From Methanobacteriota archaeon (GTDB lineage: Archaea > Thermoplasmatota > Thermoplasmata > SG8-5 > JAGLSY01), in NCBI GenBank assembly GCA_020696385.1, contig JAEHCQ010000004.1, positions 192,997-256,996 of the forward strand: DNA of 64,000 bases, in the 5' to 3' direction. How positions within the stretch are numbered: position 1 is the stretch's first letter; each line of letters begins with the position of its first letter. A program made the position numbers and the translations under genes. Under the pieces are notes generated by a model, which saw only the letters and a program-made list of their open reading frames with translations, had not been told where the DNA came from and ran no database searches. Shown here piece after piece: positions 57,828 through 64,000 of this stretch.

Positions 57828-57977
57828 AGGAATCGAAAGTAGATATTCATACAAGATATAAAGGTTACTCTGGATAATTATACAATATAATACAAACCTA
57901 TAGGAATTTGTAGCATTTACATTAATTTCCATTTGATCGAGAAAAAAGCAAAGTTCATAATCATTAAAGCCCCTGTC

Positions 57978-58556
57978 ATGTCGATGAAAAAGAACAGATG
58001 CTCATGGGCAGAATCCCCTCCAATCTATGTCGAATACCATGATACAGAATGGGGTGTGCCATTGAGAGATGATGACAAGCTCTTCGAGTTCCTGGTTCTC
58101 GAAGGCATGCAGGCTGGCCTCAGCTGGCTGATGGTCCTCAACAAACGAGAAAATTTCCGCAAGGCCTTCGATGGTTTTGATCCGAGAAAGGTGGCCGTCT
58201 ATGACCAAAAGAAGATAGACGAGCTCTTACAGGATGCTGGCATAATTCGAAATAAGCTGAAGGTGAATGCCACCGTGACGAATGCGCAGGCCTTTCTGAG
58301 AATCCAGAAGGAGTTCGGCTCCTTCAGCGATTATATGTGGAAATTCGTTGGCGGGCAGCCAATTATCAATCACTGGAAAGAGCTCAGGGAGATACCCGCA
58401 AAGACGGAGCTGGCCGAGACAATAAGCAAAGACTTGAAAAAGAGAGGGTTCAAGTTTGTGGGACCAACCGTGGTCTATTCGCATATGCAGGCTACTGGTA
58501 TGGTTAATGACCATCTTGTTGATTGCTTTAGATGGGCTGAGGTTCAAGGTCTTTAG
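57978..58556 (+). CDS. tag: DNA-3-methyladenine glycosylase I
   Basis: RCSW, YHDTEWGVP, LEGMQAGLSW, IIRNKLK, FVGPT, NDHLVDC. Confidence 0.95.
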   Translation: MSMKKNRCSWAESPPIYVEYHDTEWGVPLRDDDKLFEFLVLEGMQAGLSWLMVLNKRENFRKAFDGFDPRKVAVYDQKKIDELLQDAGIIRNKLKVNATVTNAQAFLRIQKEFGSFSDYMWKFVGGQPIINHWKELREIPAKTELAETISKDLKKRGFKFVGPTVVYSHMQATGMVNDHLVDCFRWAEVQGL

Positions 58557-58743
58557 GTCACGAGATCATCATGATGCTCAATGCCAATAATAGCAGATTG
58601 TAATATTTAAATGTGCATTTAAACTCACATCTAAATAACAATATATCATTTGCATTGCCCAATTTTATATAACATCATCTTCATTGAAATATTGATATCC
58701 AATTAATATTCAGATCATATCTGATTATCGGGAGGAAGTATAC

Positions 58744-59991
58744 ATGATAATATTAGCTAAATTTTATCCGAAGTACGGGATCAATAGATTATGGAATGAG
58801 CTTGCATCTGAACGAAAGAACCTTTATCTTGAAGGTGTGAAGCCTATAACTGCTTTTACAGTGGAAGGCAAAGGGTGTGTGTGCATGATGCTGGATATAA
58901 GTTCCTTAGATGCATTTCAGGATAAATTTCTCAATGAATTGAATAAAGTGATATCACTTAGGAAGACCGAGACCGTTCCACTTATGTCACCTCTCTTTTT
59001 CCCTGTAAGAGAGGGGGTTGATTATACCTTGGATCGATATGTTGCCAGCCTGGAGATCGCACCCGAGAAATATGATGAGGTTTACAATAAGATCCTTGAT
59101 ACGAAGTTCACCAATGATACGTATGCCCGCTGGATGTCCTATTCTCTTGGAAAGGAGGATATCATCCTGTTCATGTTCTCTGATGATCGTGAATCCACAA
59201 ATGAGTTCATCAATAAGAACATAGAATCCATAGGCGGTGTCAAGACCATTGAGATCGAGCGGATATTCGACTTCATGCCCATGTTATCCACTGAAGCTTT
59301 CAGAGAATTGAAGGCTCCTTTCATGTACTCTCATCCACCGGGCTATAATGGGAAACTTTTGGATCCAGAGCTTCATCAAAGATACATGGAGGAAAATGCA
59401 TCAATGATATCCATTGTCCGGATGATGCCAAAAGGCTCTCTGAAAAAACTTTGGAAAGAGATCGAACTGGATATTGATCGATTCAATTCCAATGGGATAA
59501 AGCCCATATTCGCCACTCAATCGGAGGGCAGGTCCCATGTTTCTGTCATCTTCGAGCTTTCTAATTTCGAGGTCCTTAAGAGATTCCTGGTCGAGAACGT
59601 GCATACGCTGGAGAATGTAAGGCAGACAATGACGGTCCCATTGCTTAAGCCAATGTACTTCCCTCTTCCTGAAAGTCACCCCTCAAATATGGAAAGGTAC
59701 CTGATATCTATTAGGGCTGACCCACAAAAGATTTCTCAGATAAGGGGCAAATTGGAGAGCATGACCGTTCCCGGATCCTTGTACCAGACCTTTTTATCAT
59801 ATTCTATGGGAGAATTTGATATTTTCTCATCAGTACTTGCTGATTCCAGGGAAACTGTACAAAAATATGCTGAGGAGACCTTTGACAATATGGACGGTAT
59901 GATCCATTACAATATAACAAGCCAGCAGGAAATTCTTCCATTGGCATCAAAGGAAGAACGGATACAGCATAAAAATCAATTTGACAAATAG
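58744..59991 (+). CDS. Hypothetical protein with two-fold internal repeat (Lrp/AsnC ligand-binding-like folds)
   Basis: Halves share LW.E...GVKPI/GIKPI, TVPL..P..FP, RY, SYSLG/SYSMG. Confidence 0.65.
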   Translation: MIILAKFYPKYGINRLWNELASERKNLYLEGVKPITAFTVEGKGCVCMMLDISSLDAFQDKFLNELNKVISLRKTETVPLMSPLFFPVREGVDYTLDRYVASLEIAPEKYDEVYNKILDTKFTNDTYARWMSYSLGKEDIILFMFSDDRESTNEFINKNIESIGGVKTIEIERIFDFMPMLSTEAFRELKAPFMYSHPPGYNGKLLDPELHQRYMEENASMISIVRMMPKGSLKKLWKEIELDIDRFNSNGIKPIFATQSEGRSHVSVIFELSNFEVLKRFLVENVHTLENVRQTMTVPLLKPMYFPLPESHPSNMERYLISIRADPQKISQIRGKLESMTVPGSLYQTFLSYSMGEFDIFSSVLADSRETVQKYAEETFDNMDGMIHYNITSQQEILPLASKEERIQHKNQFDK

Positions 59992-59997
59992 TTGGAT

Positions 59998-60047
59998 ATC
60001 TCATGTTGGTGCAAGGTACTTTTTCACCAACATGAGATCCCGTTTTT
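59998..60047. terminator. Hairpin between convergent genes (possible bidirectional terminator)
   Basis: Perfect 14-bp stem ATCTCATGTTGGTG / CACCAACATGAGAT followed by TTTTT. Confidence 0.65.
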
Positions 60048-60060
60048 AAATAGGTTTAGC

Positions 60061-60537
60061 TCAATCGCAAGATGAGCATGACGAGCATGAATGGCATGCT
60101 TCTGTAGCTTCATCCGAGATGCTGACGACCTTCAACTTGAAGTTCAGCTTCTTGCCAGCCAGCGGGTGGTTGACATCGATCTTGACCTTCTCATCTGTTA
60201 TCTCGACAATTGTGGCTGTGAATGGCTGACCATTGTCAGATGTTACAGCGACCTTCTGACCAACTGTGAGCTGGTCAGCTTCTGGAACCTCTTCTTTTGG
60301 GAAATCTATGACCATGTCATCCCTTGGCTCTCCATAAGCTTCTGCAGCTGGAATGGATATCTCTTTTTCCACATCGAGATCCATTTCCTTAATAGCATTC
60401 TCAAAGCCGGGAATCACTTGCTGGCTACCCAATTGGAATTCCAGTGGCTCTCCGCCCTCGGTACTGTCAAATACAGTTCCGTCATCCAGTGTTCCTACGT
60501 ATTCTATCTTCACGAATTTACCATCTTCAATAGGCAT
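60061..60537 (-). CDS. slyD: FKBP-type peptidyl-prolyl isomerase (SlyD-like)
   Basis: YVGTLDDGTVFDS, VIPGFE, AYG, DVNHPLAGKKLNF, Cys/His tail; start ATG 60537 after GGAG. Confidence 0.92.
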   Translation of the reverse strand: MPIEDGKFVKIEYVGTLDDGTVFDSTEGGEPLEFQLGSQQVIPGFENAIKEMDLDVEKEISIPAAEAYGEPRDDMVIDFPKEEVPEADQLTVGQKVAVTSDNGQPFTATIVEITDEKVKIDVNHPLAGKKLNFKLKVVSISDEATEACHSCSSCSSCD

Positions 60538-60652
60538 ATCAATTACTCCTTGCCGGGCTATTATCAGGTCATATAAGTAATTGTAGGGTGATATGTTTGG
60601 AATAATATTATGAACAATAGGTTTAAAGCATTGTTCTTCCATCAATGTTTCA

Positions 60653-61678
60653 ATGACCGAACCTCCCCGGCAGGCAAAGAAAGCCACCATTACATCCAAT
60701 AATATCACTGTCAGGTATGGGAAGATATTGGCTCTGAATGATTTTACAGTAAAGGTTCCATCTGGCATAGTTGGATTGCTTGGGCCCAATGGGGCTGGGA
60801 AGAGCACTTTCATCAAGGCATTGCTGGGTCTTTTGAGGCCGGTTAATGGTTCCATGACAATAGCTGGTCACGATCCCACTGATGACATGAGCGCGGTCAG
60901 GGACATGATCGGTTACATGCCGGAACACGATTGCCTTATCGAAAGCCTCAATGCCGTGAACCTTGTCACTTACATGGGCCAGATATCTGGAATGCTGAAA
61001 AAAGATGCGATCCCCAGGAGCCACGAAGTTCTTGATTTCGTGGGCATAGGCGAAGAGAGATATCGTGACATATCATCATATTCAACTGGCATGAAACAGC
61101 GCGTGAAATTAGCGCAGGCGATAGTTCACGACCCTGCCATACTTTTCCTGGATGAGCCCACCAATGGGATGGATCCCCAGGGCAGGGTGGAAATGATGGA
61201 ATTAATAAAGAAAATAAGTGATTCTGACAAATCCATCATGGTGTCCACCCACATACTGGATGATCTCGAGAGGGTGAGCGATCATATCTTGATAATCAAT
61301 AATGGTCATCTTGTGACCCAGGGGAAGATCGATGAACTTCTGGCCATGAAGGAAGGGCAGAAGATGGTCAAGGCCATAGGCCGACCATCCGAACTTGATG
61401 TTTTCCTCACATCACTGAAAAAAGCCTTCGAGATCAGGTCGGCCAGCATCGAGGGAGGCCAGGCTGCCATCGTCCTGATCAACAAGGACGATGGGAATTA
61501 CATTTTCAAAATAGGCCAGGAAAGCCAGGTGCAGATCCGAGCTTATTATCCAGAGCGGGCCAGCCTGGAGGATGTGTTCATCGGCACTCTTGACATTGAC
61601 AATGCTGTTGAAGCTGAAAAGGCTGATGCCGCTAGCTCTGCAAATGAGATCGAAGGGGGTGAGCCAGGTGTCAATTGA
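60653..61678 (+). CDS. ABC transporter ATP-binding protein
   Basis: GPNGAGKS, YSTGMKQR, LDEPTNG, STH. Confidence 0.92.
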   Translation: MTEPPRQAKKATITSNNITVRYGKILALNDFTVKVPSGIVGLLGPNGAGKSTFIKALLGLLRPVNGSMTIAGHDPTDDMSAVRDMIGYMPEHDCLIESLNAVNLVTYMGQISGMLKKDAIPRSHEVLDFVGIGEERYRDISSYSTGMKQRVKLAQAIVHDPAILFLDEPTNGMDPQGRVEMMELIKKISDSDKSIMVSTHILDDLERVSDHILIINNGHLVTQGKIDELLAMKEGQKMVKAIGRPSELDVFLTSLKKAFEIRSASIEGGQAAIVLINKDDGNYIFKIGQESQVQIRAYYPERASLEDVFIGTLDIDNAVEAEKADAASSANEIEGGEPGVN

Positions 61679-62489
61679 CCCAATAAGGTACAAGCCCTGG
61701 ACTGGTGAGAGGTCCAATCATTTTCAAAGGATATTCGTGATATCCAAGACTTTCTTCATGCAGAAGCTGAAGTCAAAATGGATATTGTTACTTTTGATAT
61801 TGGGCATATTCATTTCCGTCGTATTCCCCATATTCATGTATTCGATGACCCCTCATGAAGGTCTGGATAAAGCAGTGATGGCTGAGCAAATGCACACTGA
61901 GGTTCTCTTCATCTTCACCCTATTATTGGTGGTGATGATCTGCTCGGATACCATATCTGAAGATCTGCGGAGCAATTCTTTCGTTCTCTACTTTTCAAGA
62001 GCCATACGTACGGATAGTTACCTTATCGGCAAGATGGGAGGGGCTTTCCTCACATTATCCACCTACACTCTGATACCCCCGGTGATACTGGCTCTTGCTA
62101 TTACAGCTACACAATCTGGAGATGATTATCTTGCCAGTTTTGGAGTGATCGGTATCACGATAGTTGCTGGCATCATCAATACATTCTTTTTCATTCCTTT
62201 CGGATTATTGATATCCTCGCTGACCAAAAGAAAATCCTATGCGGCTGTTGGCACTTTCATGATAATATTCATCCTCATGATAATCAGTGGGATATTCATG
62301 GGATTCGATACAGACTGGGTATTGTTGGATCCAAGCCGTATACTCTATTATTTCCACGAGGTTCTTTACGGATTTGACTTGCCGAGTCATGTGAATGGTG
62401 GAGGTCTGGCCGCGGTATTCACTGGTTTCATGACCATTCCTCTCGCACTGGTATATATCAGGATACACCTGAAGGCGGTGGGTAAATGA
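61668..62489 (+). CDS. ABC-2 type permease
   Basis: Six TM, ISEDLRSNSFVLYFSRAI...YLIGK; GTG start at 61668. Confidence 0.85.
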   Translation: MSIDPIRYKPWTGERSNHFQRIFVISKTFFMQKLKSKWILLLLILGIFISVVFPIFMYSMTPHEGLDKAVMAEQMHTEVLFIFTLLLVVMICSDTISEDLRSNSFVLYFSRAIRTDSYLIGKMGGAFLTLSTYTLIPPVILALAITATQSGDDYLASFGVIGITIVAGIINTFFFIPFGLLISSLTKRKSYAAVGTFMIIFILMIISGIFMGFDTDWVLLDPSRILYYFHEVLYGFDLPSHVNGGGLAAVFTGFMTIPLALVYIRIHLKAVGK

Positions 62490-63520
62490 ACAATGGCCAT
62501 CAGAACCCACAACAGCCCCCACAGGCAATGGCACAACCTCCCCCGCCACATCAGGATGCTCAATTCCAGCAACCGATGCAGCCACAAGGCCCACCTCCTG
62601 TGATCAATACCATCAATCTGTGCAAGTGGTACGGGAATGTCATCGGTCTGAACAATTTCAATGTCCAGATCGGAGATGGGATCACCGGAATTGTCGGCCC
62701 CAATGGAGCCGGCAAGAGCACGCTGTTCAAACTGATAATCGGCTCCATAAAGTCAAATGCTGGCTATCTCGGCGTCATGGGTCAAACACCCTGGGGAAAT
62801 ACGAAACAACTTGCCCACATTGGCTTCTGCCCGGATTACGATTTCCTGCCGCTTAACATGACTGGCCGCGAGTATCTGGAATTCATGGGCGGTCTCCATG
62901 CAATGGAAAAAGATCATTTGAAAACCCGGATCGCGGAACTCGCCAGTATCGTGAATATGGAGAAGGATATGGACCGGGATATGGGTGGTTACAGCAAGGG
63001 TATGAAACAGAGGCTGAAGATCGCCGGAGCCTTGATCCATAATCCGAAATTACTTCTTCTGGACGAGCCACTGAGCGGGACAGACCCGATCGTCAGAAGG
63101 GACATCATCAATCTTGTAAAGAAACTGCACAAGGAACACGGCCATAATATCATTGTAAGTTCCCACGTGCTGCATGAGATCGAGCGCATGACCAGTGACA
63201 TTGTTCTAATTTACAAAGGAAGGGCAGTGGCTTCCGGCGAGATATCCGAGATCCGTGCTCTAATAGACCAGCATCCTCATAATATCGTTCTCGAAGGTAA
63301 GAACATAGGTGGCCTGGCCAAATCACTTCTGGACCAGCCATACACGGTCTCCGTGGGCTATAATGAGGGTAGGGAATCCATAACCGTCCGGGTGACTCAG
63401 CCGGACGAGTTCTTCGAATCCATGCCAGCTCTTCTGGAAAATTCAGACTGCAAAATAGACAAGATGTTCTCCATGGATGACAATCTGGAGTCGATCTTCA
63501 AGTATCTGGTGGGGTGGTAA
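62486..63520 (+). CDS. ABC transporter ATP-binding protein
   Basis: GPNGAGKS, YSKGMKQR, LDEPLSG, SSH; Q/P-rich leader. Confidence 0.92.
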   Translation: MNNGHQNPQQPPQAMAQPPPPHQDAQFQQPMQPQGPPPVINTINLCKWYGNVIGLNNFNVQIGDGITGIVGPNGAGKSTLFKLIIGSIKSNAGYLGVMGQTPWGNTKQLAHIGFCPDYDFLPLNMTGREYLEFMGGLHAMEKDHLKTRIAELASIVNMEKDMDRDMGGYSKGMKQRLKIAGALIHNPKLLLLDEPLSGTDPIVRRDIINLVKKLHKEHGHNIIVSSHVLHEIERMTSDIVLIYKGRAVASGEISEIRALIDQHPHNIVLEGKNIGGLAKSLLDQPYTVSVGYNEGRESITVRVTQPDEFFESMPALLENSDCKIDKMFSMDDNLESIFKYLVGW

Positions 63521-63521
63521 T

Positions 63522-64000
63522 TTGGATATTGACCTGAAAGCTATTTATTCCGGATTATACGCTATAATCAAGTACTCGACCAAGAAGATCCTGTTCAAAA
63601 AGCAATGGATCATCACCCTTCTGATAGTGATACTCATGGGCTTCGTTATGGGATATGCAGGTTCGCAGGATTGGATCGATTCCGAGATACTGGATAGTGG
63701 TATGGAGCTGATGGACCTGCTCATATTATCCTTTGTACTTCCGATAATATCCATGATATATGGTGCTTCCCTCTTGCGGAACGAGATCGAGGACAAGTCC
63801 ATCACCCAGGTGATAATCGCGCCACTGGACAGGGCGATCTCCTATCTGGGTTATTACATCTCCCTGGTCCTATCACTTTCCCTGATAATGGCAGTTGTGT
63901 GTGTTGTTGGTTGGCTGGCCTTTTTCGGCCAGCTGGGTGTCGATGGTGATGCCGCTGGAATTCTCGGCACCATGATCGTCCTGACCACGATCGGCTCAGC
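63522..64000 (+). CDS. ABC-2 type permease (3'-truncated by window edge)
   Basis: TTG start; hand translation MDIDLKAIYSGLYAIIKYSTKKILFKKQW...LRNEIEDKSITQVIIAPLDR; open to the window end. Confidence 0.8.
   Translation, partial: MDIDLKAIYSGLYAIIKYSTKKILFKKQWIITLLIVILMGFVMGYAGSQDWIDSEILDSGMELMDLLILSFVLPIISMIYGASLLRNEIEDKSITQVIIAPLDRAISYLGYYISLVLSLSLIMAVVCVVGWLAFFGQLGVDGDAAGILGTMIVLTTIGS

Noticed and set aside
60538-60855. Long N-terminal extension of the PPIase ORF
   Set aside because: It overlaps the divergent ABC gene antisense; ATG 60537 with an SD gives a normal SlyD.

Overview
Archaeal DNA, most likely a non-methanogenic Thermoplasmatota relative (inferred from Fpo-like NuoABCD, CxxxY-type CcmE, a PGF-CTERM tail, LipS1/S2, GGR and GGAGGTGA Shine-Dalgarno sites). 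Almost the whole window is one energy-conservation island. It contains a split complex I lacking NuoEFG in view, with two tandem NuoM (nuoM-M-N at 1-3.6 kb; nuoABCD at 55-58 kb), and a complete hdrC-hdrB-hdrA(L)-flxD-flxC-flxB-flxA electron-bifurcating operon. It also has cytochrome c maturation system I (ccmABC, an unannotated ccmD, ccmE, ccmF), two multiheme cytochrome c plus cytochrome b quinol-oxidoreductase-like pairs (one CbcL-like), and GlcD- and HdrD/GlcF-like proteins. A lipoate assembly cluster (two ligases, LipS1/S2, a LipT-like protein, two GcvH/LbpA carriers, OsmC) and menaquinone-related genes follow. Most striking is a cytochrome-nanowire-like tetraheme gene with its own signal peptidase I, near a 2580-aa cytochrome (22 CxxCH plus about 13 wider CxnCH). 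That giant protein begins with the same nanowire module and carries a recursively nested beta-sandwich stalk. The window ends with tag, an FKBP/SlyD PPIase and an ABC transporter. No rRNA, tRNA or CRISPR array was seen. All calls come from reading motifs by eye; no searches were run.
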